A DNA stretch of 64,000 bases, taken from NCBI GenBank assembly GCA_965218095.1, contig OZ244587.1, forward strand, positions 4,544,001-4,608,000, read 5' to 3'. Within the stretch, counting starts at the first letter, position 1, and each line of letters begins with the position of its first letter. Below are positions 51,846-60,972 of the stretch, in pieces. Position numbers and translations under genes: made by a program. The notes under the pieces were generated by a model. That model saw only the letters and a list, made by a program, of their open reading frames with translations. It had not been told where the DNA came from and ran no database searches. The stretch is from Candidatus Poribacteria bacterium. GTDB lineage: Bacteria > Poribacteria > WGA-4E > PCPOR2b.

Positions 51846-53246
51846 CTACCGCCGTTCAGTAGCAAGCGTAGCCCCGGGCATGATGTAATGGTGCCCTCTT
51901 GTGACTTCGGTAACACGTTGCTGAAATTTGTCAGAAAATGAACCACTAGGCATTGGCTTGAGACCGCCGATGACATAGACTTGCGCCCTGGGTTGACGAC
52001 AAGCTGCGATTGCATTTTCAGATGTATATCCTTTTTCTTTACGGCGGCTTGTTGATTCATCAGTTACGATAAAGAGGACAAGCTGACGATCATCCGGCGT
52101 TTGGAGTCTGGGTACTCCTTCCACAATTGCATCTAGCAGATGTTCATCGCCACGTTTGGGCGTCCGAAACAGCTTCTTGACTTGATTAGGGTCTAAAGGC
52201 GGTTTTGTTGTCAAAATGAAACTTTCTCCGCCGCCTGCCCTTGCCCAGAATCTGATGACTCCAAACCGATAGTCTAGCCCTTCGCCATCCAGGATTTTGA
52301 CCAGTTTATCGAACCCGGTGCAAATCTCATCCACTTTATTCTCCATGCTCAGGCTTGAGTCAAAGACAAACACAATGTCGGCTGCTGGCTTCACGGTTGC
52401 CGCGATGTGTTGCGCGATGCGCCTGAAAATCCCCTCGATCTTGAGTATGGACCTGTCTATCATAGGGACTTTCATAGAGGCTTGGCTGACTGTCCGCTGA
52501 TTTTTGTCGATGGCGTACCACTTGCCATCTGTTTCATCGGCTAATTGTATCTGTATCTGTTCGCCTATCCCAACGACGTTGATGTGAATTTCGTCCTGTT
52601 TACACCGATCAAGAATCTTCCCAACAACCTGATTTTTCCCGCTGTCCATCTCCCAAGACGTTTTCAGTTCCGAATTTGTCGCGAGGACAATGTGCTTTTC
52701 GGCATCCAATCGCAATTCTGACTCCTCGAGCCCTCGCATAATCGCGTCGAGCCCATATCCAGCAACGACATCCCCAAATTTTATCGGCAAATTGCGAAGG
52801 CTTTTTTCAAGCGGACTTAACCCGCTCTCCAGCGGTTTGACCATGATGCGCGGCGTGCCTTTGATGCTTTGAAACCAGATGAGTGCAAACTGATAGTCGA
52901 TTATTGATTCCTCAAAGACACTTGCCACGTCGGCAAGCCGTCTTTCAATGGAGGCGACTGGTGCCTTCATTTCCTTACTTCCATCAATGACGAGTACGAG
53001 ATCAACCATCTGGTTCGTGCTCTGGCGACTAGCCCGCTGGGCAATCTCCACAAGGCTTTTCCCAATGTCAATCTTTGTTTCATCCTTTTCCTGTTTATCC
53101 TTTGTGCTGATCATCACTCGTCTTTTTCGACGGGGCGGACGCACTTCCGCGGTTGTGATTGTCGCCACGCCATCGAGGCTAATCCAGGCTACCAATATCA
53201 GCAAAGCAATTCGCCATTGCCAAGCGTGCCGCTTAGACGATTTCAT
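51846..53246 (-). CDS. Secreted tandem vWA-domain protein
   Basis: N-terminal hydrophobic helix; DLVLVIDGS and DIVFVFDSSLSM MIDAS motifs; IVTDE. Confidence 0.8.
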   Translation of the reverse strand: MKSSKRHAWQWRIALLILVAWISLDGVATITTAEVRPPRRKRRVMISTKDKQEKDETKIDIGKSLVEIAQRASRQSTNQMVDLVLVIDGSKEMKAPVASIERRLADVASVFEESIIDYQFALIWFQSIKGTPRIMVKPLESGLSPLEKSLRNLPIKFGDVVAGYGLDAIMRGLEESELRLDAEKHIVLATNSELKTSWEMDSGKNQVVGKILDRCKQDEIHINVVGIGEQIQIQLADETDGKWYAIDKNQRTVSQASMKVPMIDRSILKIEGIFRRIAQHIAATVKPAADIVFVFDSSLSMENKVDEICTGFDKLVKILDGEGLDYRFGVIRFWARAGGGESFILTTKPPLDPNQVKKLFRTPKRGDEHLLDAIVEGVPRLQTPDDRQLVLFIVTDESTSRRKEKGYTSENAIAACRQPRAQVYVIGGLKPMPSGSFSDKFQQRVTEVTRGHHYIMPGATLATERR

Positions 53247-53333
53247 CGATTCTCCTTCCATGAACGTCGTAATATGTGATTTGTAAAGCGCGAAGATGGC
53301 TCATTTCCTGACTTTTCCATCTCTATGTCTGGT

Positions 53334-53362
53334 ATTTTAGTCCCTCACAGTCTGTTTGTCAA
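53334..53362 (-). promoter_or_regulatory. sigma70 promoter for the vWA gene
   Basis: TTGACA-17 nt-TAAAAT. Confidence 0.65.
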
Positions 53363-53381
53363 CTCCTTTTCCTTTTTGCCC

Positions 53382-53410
53382 TTGCGTCACTTTCGCGTTT
53401 GTGCTATAAT
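53382..53410 (+). promoter_or_regulatory. sigma70 promoter for smpB
   Basis: TTGCGT-17 nt-TATAAT with extended -10 TG. Confidence 0.7.
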
Positions 53411-53419
53411 TCACCTGTT

Positions 53420-53884
53420 ATGAAAGATGCCAAGTCTGCCGCAGCTATCAAAACCGTTGCTATGAACAAGAAAGCGCGGCACGACTATCACCTGCTAGAT
53501 CGTTACGAAGCTGGGATTGCCCTTCAGGGGACAGAAGTCAAGGCGATTCGTGCTGGCAGGCTGAATCTGACAGATAGTTATGCGCGAGTCGAGGACAGCG
53601 AAGTTTTTCTGATCGATGCCCATATCGGTCCTTACGAGCAAGGAAATCGCGAGAATCATGAACCAAAGCGGAAACGGAAGTTGCTGCTGAACCGCAGAGA
53701 GATTAAGAAAATTGACGCGAAAACCGGTTCGGCTGGCATGACGATTGTCCCAACAAAGGCTTATTTCAGTAGCGGGGTGGTAAAAGTCGAGATAGCGTTG
53801 GCGCGTGGCAAGCACGCTTATGATAAACGCGAAGATCTCAGGCAAGATGCCGATCAACGCGCTATTCAATCATATCTGGGGTAG
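53420..53884 (+). CDS. smpB: SsrA-binding protein
   Basis: NKKARHDY, EAGIALQGTEVKAIR, RKLLLNRREI, ARGKHAYDKR. Confidence 0.97.
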   Translation: MKDAKSAAAIKTVAMNKKARHDYHLLDRYEAGIALQGTEVKAIRAGRLNLTDSYARVEDSEVFLIDAHIGPYEQGNRENHEPKRKRKLLLNRREIKKIDAKTGSAGMTIVPTKAYFSSGVVKVEIALARGKHAYDKREDLRQDADQRAIQSYLG

Positions 53885-54025
53885 CAGCGGCGATCAAGTC
53901 ATTGGCGCTTATACCAATTGAAACTTGGAATTGCGATTGAACAGCATTCCAAGAATTCAAGGGTTCAGGTGCTCAAGCGTTCAAAAGTTCAGCGCCCTAT
54001 GAACTCATGAATTGATAATCAACAT

Positions 54026-54380
54026 GGGGGTGCAAAGGTTTCGACGGGAGTGGATGATATAAAGGTTGCATGCCGAGGTCTCCGCAGGCCTCGTTAAACA
54101 GGCGGAAAAAATTTAATTGCCGATGAAGAATTGGCTCTAGCTGCTTAATAAAGCAGTTCGTCTCGCTAATTTGCGGTCCCGTCGAGTTAGCGAGACGTCA
54201 TAAAACGGGCTTTGCGCCTTGCTTGGTCTCAAGGGGCAAGCTGTGAGACTCAACTTGAGATAGTCCGCAGCGAATCCGGCATAAGGGAGTCTTGTGGACG
54301 AAACGCTAAAACTTATGCTATGCATGTAGTAGCCTTTATTGAACTGCTCTCGGACGCGGGTTCGATTCCCGCCACCTCCA
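54026..54380 (+). ncRNA. ssrA: tmRNA; tag peptide (A)ADEELALAA at 54119-54148
   Basis: GGGGGTG..GGTTTCGAC 5' end, GGACGCGGGTTCGATTCCCGCCACCTCCA 3' end, G3-U70 pair, tag ending LAA then TAA TAA; adjacent to smpB. Confidence 0.96.
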
Positions 54381-54422
54381 TTATATTTTTTTACAACTGA
54401 GCCATAAACGTTTCTCACCTAA

Positions 54423-54550
54423 GAGCCTATTTAATAATTCAGATTAACCCAGTGTTTACGGGCATTGACGAAAAATTCATCATTTCGGACACCAACGCTG
54501 TCCTAATCAAAGTTGGTTTGATGTTTGCTCCAGATTTTTTAGATAGGCTC
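54423..54550. mobile_element. 128-bp MITE (IS5/IS1031-like ends)
   Basis: TIR GAGCCTATTTAATAATTC / GAGCCTATCTAAAAAATC, with TAA direct repeats on both sides. Confidence 0.7.
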
Positions 54551-54607
54551 TAAGCCTCTTAATATCTGCACACCGCATACGTTTCCTGTTGCGTAACCTT
54601 CCGCAAA

Positions 54608-54623
54608 TGGCAATATCCTTGTA
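54608..54623 (+). promoter_or_regulatory. Possible sigma54 promoter for the psp-like operon
   Basis: TGGCAA-N5-TTGTA (consensus TGGCAC-N5-TTGCW), about 65 nt upstream of pspA. Confidence 0.4.
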
Positions 54624-54688
54624 ACCCGACACATATCTATTGGTTTAGGATCTTGATACCCAACAACGCTACGAGGATGAACTGAATC

Positions 54689-55387
54689 ATGCAAACGCTA
54701 AACCGAGCCAAACTCATCGTTAGATCGCATGTGAACGATCTCCTGGTAAAGGCTGAAGATACACGCAAAACGCGCAGCCTGATGGTGGAAGAGATGCATC
54801 AGAACATCCGCAATGTTAAGTCTTTGATTGCAGGCGCGATTACCGATCTCAAGCTAATCGTACGGGAGATTGACATACATGAGGGTGAAGCGAAAAGGTG
54901 GGAAGAGAAAGCAGTTTTCGCCTTGAAAAAAGGGGAAGAAGACTTGGCACGCCGCGCACTCACTCGAAAATGTGAGCATATTAAGAAGGCGGACCAATAT
55001 CGGGAGCAGATAGCGACACAGCAGGAAACCATTAACTCCCTCAAGTCTAGTCTGGAAACGCTGGAAGCCAAGCTGGATACCATCCGTTATCAGACTGCAA
55101 AATTAGCTGTGGCGGAAAGTCTGGAATCCTCCCGACCGGTTGTCACCTCAACGCCACCTGCTGATACGGTGATTGACACAAGTGCATTCGATGCCTATGA
55201 TCGACTGGTTGATCGCGTCCGAGATCTCGAAGCGCATGCAGAAGCGTTAGCCGAGTTGACACAAGGCGATGACCTTGAGCAGAAATTTCACGACCTGGAG
55301 AGCAAAGAAAAGGTTGAGGAAGATCTTGCGGCATTGAAAGCAAAAGTCGATGCTAAGAATCGAGAAGGCTCGTCCGCAATGGAGTAA
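54689..55387 (+). CDS. PspA/IM30 family protein (copy 1)
   Basis: VNDLLVKAED, WEEKAVFALKKGEEDLARRAL, AFDAYDRLVDRVRDLEAHAEA. Confidence 0.9.
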   Translation: MQTLNRAKLIVRSHVNDLLVKAEDTRKTRSLMVEEMHQNIRNVKSLIAGAITDLKLIVREIDIHEGEAKRWEEKAVFALKKGEEDLARRALTRKCEHIKKADQYREQIATQQETINSLKSSLETLEAKLDTIRYQTAKLAVAESLESSRPVVTSTPPADTVIDTSAFDAYDRLVDRVRDLEAHAEALAELTQGDDLEQKFHDLESKEKVEEDLAALKAKVDAKNREGSSAME

Positions 55388-55392
55388 CGAAG

Positions 55393-55761
55393 GTGGCTGA
55401 GTTTCATCATTTGCCATCTCGAATTCAAGAAACAGCCCAGGCCCAACTGACTATGAATGAGCAGGTCAGATTGTGTATGCTTGGGCGATCTAATCTGCTC
55501 AATCCCGATTTTATCATTATCACTTCTGACCGGGTATTGGTGCTGGAGGAGCGTCAGATGGGTAGCCTCAGTGCTTCCTACATCAATATTCGGTGCAACC
55601 TCCCGTTTTCCCAGATTACGGCGGTCAAACTTGACCGAAGCTTCAAACACCACATCTTTGGGCAAGCTGACCTCGAAATCAGAGTAAATGGTGATAAGTA
55701 TCTGATAAACAACATCAGCCATCGCGAAGCCGAACACGCGCTAGCGTTGATTCCCTCATAA
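55393..55761 (+). CDS. Bacterial PH-domain-like protein
   Basis: IIITSDRVLVL, LPFSQITAVKL, FGQADLEI. Confidence 0.65.
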   Translation: MAEFHHLPSRIQETAQAQLTMNEQVRLCMLGRSNLLNPDFIIITSDRVLVLEERQMGSLSASYINIRCNLPFSQITAVKLDRSFKHHIFGQADLEIRVNGDKYLINNISHREAEHALALIPS

Positions 55762-55877
55762 ATCACACCGAAGCGGGAAAGGGGTAACAGGGCTGCGAAG
55801 GGAAATGCGTAAAGCACAACCTCATTAACTCATTCTTCCTGCGCAATACGCATCACTTGCACAGTTGGGGTGTCGAT

Positions 55878-56576
55878 ATGTCAGACCTCCTCATTGAATT
55901 GAGCCGCTGGTATAATCTATTATTCGTCCTGCCCATCCTCATCATATTCGTTTACCAAGTTTTACACATGTTGGCGGGTCTGAATATCGGTGGTCTGGAC
56001 TTGGCGTTTGGCGACCTCGGAGCGATTATCGCGAATCAATTATCTAGTTCCAAACCCGCCTCTCCACTGAACCGATTCTTCGCTTTCCTGAATGCGGGAC
56101 GAATTCCCTCTCTCATAGTTATTGTTACTTTTCTGTTCTTCTGGGGAATCGTGGGTTTTGCCTGTAACCACTGGTTCATTCCGTTGTTTGGAAATTTTGT
56201 TCTCCCTGCCGTTGTCATCTCATCTCTTACCGCTTTTACACTCAGCAGCCTGATAACCCACCTCGTTTCGCAAGCGATCGACCTCATCTTTCCCACCCCC
56301 CACGCCGACGAATTGCGTCGTGCAGATCTTGTCGGCATGGTTGCGAAAGTCACCAGCCGTGAGGTAAATACCGCCTTCGGAATCACACGAACCGAAGATT
56401 TCCCTGTCCGTACGACGATATACTGCCAGGTTGACCCGGAAGAGGAAAGTGTGAAGCAGGGCGAAAAGGTGGTGCTTTGGGATTATGACCCGCAAACACA
56501 TTTCTATAAAGTGCAACGGCTTGACGGAGAGGGAGGTAGATATAGACTTTCTACATTACATCCTTGTCTGGTATAA
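55878..56576 (+). CDS. YqiJ/DUF1449-like membrane protein with an NfeD-type OB fold
   Basis: WYNLLF, FAFLNAGRIP, three TM segments, DLVGMVAKVTS, GEKVVL.DYD. Confidence 0.75.
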   Translation: MSDLLIELSRWYNLLFVLPILIIFVYQVLHMLAGLNIGGLDLAFGDLGAIIANQLSSSKPASPLNRFFAFLNAGRIPSLIVIVTFLFFWGIVGFACNHWFIPLFGNFVLPAVVISSLTAFTLSSLITHLVSQAIDLIFPTPHADELRRADLVGMVAKVTSREVNTAFGITRTEDFPVRTTIYCQVDPEEESVKQGEKVVLWDYDPQTHFYKVQRLDGEGGRYRLSTLHPCLV

Positions 56577-56885
56577 CGTCTGGTTTACAGCGCCGATCGC
56601 TTTCGTCTTTCTTTTTGCCATTTTTCAACTCGTCATGGGCGGCGTGGATTTTGGGGGCGGGGATGCCGACGTCGATGTGGACGTTGACGCCGATGCGGAT
56701 GCGGACGCTGATACCCACAACGACTCAGGGGTGCAGCAGTGCCGGCACTAAAGGAGATTTTGAATTTTACGGATGTTGACCCCTAGAAACTCGCCAAGAC
56801 TGTGAGTGAGTATGTTCCTGACTTGAATTTTGCCGCCAAAAGTGAAGCCCAAGAATCAACTGACTCGAATGTATCAGAAACCTGA
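56542..56885 (+). pseudogene. Truncated second YqiJ-like gene joined to an unrelated 3' fragment
   Basis: GGAGGT SD with ATA in place of ATG; WYNVWF...DADVDVDVDADADAD, then an abrupt switch to another frame (GAAVPALKEILNFTDVDP*). Confidence 0.6.
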
Positions 56886-57092
56886 AAGTGCAATTTGGGT
56901 TTATCGATGGCAAGACGATTGGCAACATTCTTGTAGCATTGCATCGTGTCATCGGATCCCCAATTGAAATTTCAAATTCGCTCGAAGTTACCGAGCAGAT
57001 TCCCTTCACCCCAAAGGGAAATTAGCAAATAAGGAGTCTTAAAGATGAAAGATTCAAAAGCTAATGAACTCCTCCAGATCAGAGGAGAAAAT

Positions 57093-57581
57093 ATGATCGA
57101 AGTTGATGTTGCATTCATCTCTATCGAAGCGAGTAGCGGCACCCCAATTCTCTTTCTGAGAGAAAAGAAAGGGGATCCAAAATCTATGTTACCAATATGG
57201 ATTGGACAAGGAGAAGCTTTTGCAATTCAGTTCCAGCTCAAAGGCGAATCGCCACCTCGTCCAATGACCCATGATCTCATGAAAAACATCATCGAAAGCC
57301 TTGATGCGAAAGTTGATGGAGTCTATGTGCATACCATGAAAGATTCAACTTATTTCGGGCAAATTGATCTGAAAATCAATAGCAAAACGCTGGAGATTGA
57401 TGCTCGCCCCAGTGATGCGATTGCCCTTGCATTGAGGTTTGGAGCGCCCATCTATGTGGCAGAGCAGATTGTTCAAGAAATTGGTTTTCCTGAAACAGAG
57501 TTGAAAGAAGCTGAAAAGCAACAGTCAAGAGAAGAGTTAGAGAATTTAGATGAGGAGACGTTAGGAAGGTATACTGTATAA
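57093..57581 (+). CDS. Bifunctional nuclease family protein (DUF151)
   Basis: LPIWIG..EA.AI, PRPMTHDL, IDARPSDAIALALR; alternative start at 57045. Confidence 0.93.
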   Translation: MIEVDVAFISIEASSGTPILFLREKKGDPKSMLPIWIGQGEAFAIQFQLKGESPPRPMTHDLMKNIIESLDAKVDGVYVHTMKDSTYFGQIDLKINSKTLEIDARPSDAIALALRFGAPIYVAEQIVQEIGFPETELKEAEKQQSREELENLDEETLGRYTV

Positions 57582-57610
57582 ATCGTTGCGGATGATAAGG
57601 GAGTGCACCA

Positions 57611-58276
57611 ATGCCAATCTTTGAGAAAGTCAAGCGAATACTCAAATCGAACATTAACGACCTGCTCGATCGGGGTGAAGATCCGGAGAAAATCTTGAAT
57701 CAACTTCTGGAGGATATGCAGCACGAACTCAAAGAGGTAAAGATTCAGGTTGCTGCGGCGATCCGGGATGGGAACAAATTTGAAGCGCAGCACAAGGAAA
57801 ACCTGGAAAGCGCGGAGAAATGGGAGAGGCGTGCCATCGTGTTTATCCAGAACAGCGATGATGTTCGCGCAAAAGAAGCCCTTCGCCGGAAGCAATCTTT
57901 CACCGATTTAGCAGAGAGTTTTCGTAAACAGTTCGAGGCGCAGAAAGAGAGTGTTTCTGTACTCAAAGATGGGCTGGCAACCCTGGAAGCAAAAATTGAA
58001 GAGGCAAAGAACAAACGTACCTTGCTGATGGCTCGTCAGAAACGGGCGGAGGCAGAGCGAACAATTCATCAAACAATGTCGGGCATTGCGGATTCCAATG
58101 CGTTAAGTGTTTTTGATCGCATCGAAGACCGTGTCCTTGATGCGGAGGCGAATGCCGAAGCCCTCAGCGAAATGCGTCAACTCAGTTTGGACAATGAGTT
58201 GGACAAACTGAATCGCAGCGACGAAATCGATGATGAACTTACCGAACTCAAAGCCCGGTTAAAAAACCAGGGCTGA
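57611..58276 (+). CDS. pspA: PspA/IM30 family protein (copy 2)
   Basis: IFEKVKRILKSNINDLLDRGEDPEKIL, AKEAL.RK, LMARQKRAEA, FDRIEDRV..EANAEA. Confidence 0.9.
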   Translation: MPIFEKVKRILKSNINDLLDRGEDPEKILNQLLEDMQHELKEVKIQVAAAIRDGNKFEAQHKENLESAEKWERRAIVFIQNSDDVRAKEALRRKQSFTDLAESFRKQFEAQKESVSVLKDGLATLEAKIEEAKNKRTLLMARQKRAEAERTIHQTMSGIADSNALSVFDRIEDRVLDAEANAEALSEMRQLSLDNELDKLNRSDEIDDELTELKARLKNQG

Positions 58277-58314
58277 GAATTTTGTGAAACCTGAATTCAA
58301 AAGGAGTCAATCTA

Positions 58315-58488
58315 ATGGGATTACTTAGAAATCTCGTCATCTTAGCATTGATACTCGGGCTGATTCTGTTCGCGTTAAAAATTGTCCTGCCGATTATCGG
58401 CTGGGTATTTCAGCTTGCTATCACTCTTATCCTGCTGGGGGTGATCGGTCTTGCAATCATCTATCTTTACCGGAAACTTCGAGCGTAA
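58315..58488 (+). CDS. Small two-TM membrane protein (57 aa)
   Basis: AAAGGAG SD; MGLLRNLVILALILGLILFALKIVLPIIGWVFQLAITLILLGVIGLAIIYLYRKLRA; below the ORF-track cutoff. Confidence 0.75.
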   Translation: MGLLRNLVILALILGLILFALKIVLPIIGWVFQLAITLILLGVIGLAIIYLYRKLRA

Positions 58489-59075
58489 CGTTTATCGCTA
58501 TGACTTCTGCTCCCTCTGCTTCAAACGCTTTGTAATCTTTCTGCAACTCGCCAAGCTATTCCATGCAAGGCGGTCACCAACTGCCTCGGTAAAAAACCAG
58601 CACAATCTTCTTTTTCCGGACATAGTCGGCGAAGGAGTGAATCTTCCCATTCGCATCTGGCAGGCTGAAATCTGGGGCTTTTGTACCGACTCTCAAGCCA
58701 TCATCGATGGGGAGTTAATCCGGATCAATGAACGCAAGTTCGACCTCAACCTTTGCCATTTCACCAACTGGAATGAGGTTGATGGGAATTTCCTGCCTTT
58801 TGTATCTCTCGACATTGATGATGACGGTGAATTGTTGATTTGAGGGAACGGTTTCAAATTCAAAGACTCCTGTTTCCCTTGTAACGACTTCACGGACACT
58901 GCCGCCCCTGAATATAGGGAAGCGGAAGTTCTAATGCCTTTGATGTGTCTTGCGGCTCGGTTGGCGTGCCTTATTTGACGACAGGCTCATCGCTGCTGCC
59001 ACACCCGCCCCAAACAAGCATCGAAACTCCCAAGAGCGCCAATACCAAAGTTTTATAAATAGGTCTATTCCTCAT
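58486..59075 (-). pseudogene. Pseudogenised paralog of the 12622 selenoprotein lipoprotein
   Basis: MRNRPIYKTLVLALLG...WGGCGSSD, TGVFEFE, APDFSLPD, VFYRGSW-TGA-PPC; additional TAA/TAG stops and deletions. Confidence 0.85.
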
Positions 59076-59101
59076 AGCTATTTCTTCAACTCACTTTCAT
59101 A

Positions 59102-59354
59102 CTATACTTTCTAACTTTAATGAGTTCTGTACTAAAATGTCTAAAGTTGGGTAGGGGCTAGATAAATCCACTATTTTCATTTCTCAAATTCTGCTTGGCA
59201 AGCGGACTTGAAGAAAATCGAATCGACCTCGAAGGGAGCGTTTTTAACTTTAGCACACTCTAGCAAACGTTAGGATACTTTAGCGCACTTGGTAGCTGAG
59301 AGAGATGAATTTCCGTTCTGTTAAAAACAGACGCGAAAAAGTGCGAAAGTATAG
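59102..59354. mobile_element. 253-bp MITE
   Basis: TIR CTATACTTTC / GAAAGTATAG, flanked by the 7-bp direct repeat TTTCATA. Confidence 0.65.
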
Positions 59355-59454
59355 TTTCATAGATTGCTTTCTCTGCCTGTGCACCGTTGAACACTTTCAC
59401 GACCCTTCGGTGGCGAAGGCTACGGATTCATAGCTACTTACTATTCATCACGTT

Positions 59455-60909
59455 TCATTGATTTGTATTTGTGATGGCTTCCAGATACGCCTTAATCTGG
59501 TGCCGATACCGCACAGGAATCCGATCTCTTTCCATCGCCTCCGCGTAAGCCTGTTTTGCACTGAGGTAGACTTCGCGGTATTGCATATAAGCGGGTTCGT
59601 CTTCACTGCTTGGAGGCTCTTGCATGGCGACCGAGGAGAAATCCTGCGAAGCCGATGCTGCACTCGTCAGCCGTAGCTCTTCTGCAGGTTGAGCCTCCAA
59701 ACCACCTGATCCATTTTCAACCTGTGTGCCTTGCGCCTCTCCTGTCTCAGATTCCTCACCCGGGCCGCCTCCACCACTTGCTACGCCCCCCGTTTTACGC
59801 GCCATTTCAATACCTGCCAATCCGATATTTTTTCGACTTGACTTAATCTCCTCCAAAATCTTTTCCATTTGAGCAATGTCTTTCGCCTGCTGATCGATTT
59901 CTAGCAATGAACGCGCAATTTTCTCCAGCATCTCAGGGCTGACTCTCTGTGTTTCAATCTCTTTCAATCGATCGGCGAGGCTGTTGGCGGCGGTGTTGCC
60001 TGCAAGCTGTTCAGCGAGCTGTCTGAGCATGGCCTCCAATTTCGCCCGTTGCTCCGCAGTGAGTCCACCCATCTGGCCAGCGATTTTCTCAAGCTCTGAA
60101 GCGGTCTCACGTACATCCGTTCCACTGAGAAGTTTGGATGCTTCGCCGAGTTTGGAAATGGCTTCGACTGCCTGATCAATTTCATTCTCTGTAACCTGGC
60201 TTTCTTGCGCTTGAACCGCATCACGTAGCTTGCTGAGTTGCTTTTGCGCGGCTTGCACGTCAATGCGTTTATTCCTTAACCCTTTGACGGTATCCTGAAC
60301 CCGCTTGGCAAGTGCAGCGTCGTTGATACCGCTGATCTCCCGTTCAAGCCTTGCCGCGGCTTCATCAATGGCGGCTTGCTCGGCTGCCGTTGGCGGGGGA
60401 GGAATCTCATACATGTGTGGGATGAAAAAGGAAAGTCCAATGAGCAACATGGGTATGGGGAGCCATTTGAGGGTGGATGGAAGCCTGTGGGATACAGCAG
60501 TGGAAGGGATAATCCCTTGGGCAACCTTTGCAGCGTCACGAATTTGCAAAATGGCGAAATCGTCCACCAATCCCCGTTGAATCGTCTCAAGAGCAGTGCT
60601 GAGGCGTTCCTTCAGAGTTAGGCGTTGGTCTACGAGGCGTGCGACATCGAGTTGATCAGTTTTCCGCAGCAAGCTCAAACCGACTGCTATGGTGATTGCA
60701 ATAACAAGCGACAGGGAAGTCACAAAACCGATCGGTATCGGCAAAGGGAAAAATCGGTTGACTATGAGCAGCACCCCAGTAATGAGGAGTCCCCAGAAGC
60801 CGCAGCTAGCCAGATTCTGGAAGATACCATCGATTTGCATTCGGTGTTGGATGGCGGATAGCCGGCTCTGGATAATTTGTTCAGGTTGATTTTGCATTGC
60901 GTTTCGCAT
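59455..60909 (-). CDS. Membrane-anchored coiled-coil protein (DUF4175-like)
   Basis: TM segments, LKERLSTALE, long helical region, C-terminal IPVRYRHQIKAY. Confidence 0.7.
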   Translation of the reverse strand: MRNAMQNQPEQIIQSRLSAIQHRMQIDGIFQNLASCGFWGLLITGVLLIVNRFFPLPIPIGFVTSLSLVIAITIAVGLSLLRKTDQLDVARLVDQRLTLKERLSTALETIQRGLVDDFAILQIRDAAKVAQGIIPSTAVSHRLPSTLKWLPIPMLLIGLSFFIPHMYEIPPPPTAAEQAAIDEAAARLEREISGINDAALAKRVQDTVKGLRNKRIDVQAAQKQLSKLRDAVQAQESQVTENEIDQAVEAISKLGEASKLLSGTDVRETASELEKIAGQMGGLTAEQRAKLEAMLRQLAEQLAGNTAANSLADRLKEIETQRVSPEMLEKIARSLLEIDQQAKDIAQMEKILEEIKSSRKNIGLAGIEMARKTGGVASGGGGPGEESETGEAQGTQVENGSGGLEAQPAEELRLTSAASASQDFSSVAMQEPPSSEDEPAYMQYREVYLSAKQAYAEAMERDRIPVRYRHQIKAYLEAITNTNQ

Positions 60910-60972
60910 CGTTCTCTCCTTACCACCAAACTTCAGAAATCCGGGTTAAATACAGGTGCCTGACCTACCTAA

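Noticed and set aside
54380-54690. Prophage or integrative island at ssrA or at the tRNA cluster
   Set aside because: No integrase and no duplicated tmRNA 3' end seen in the window
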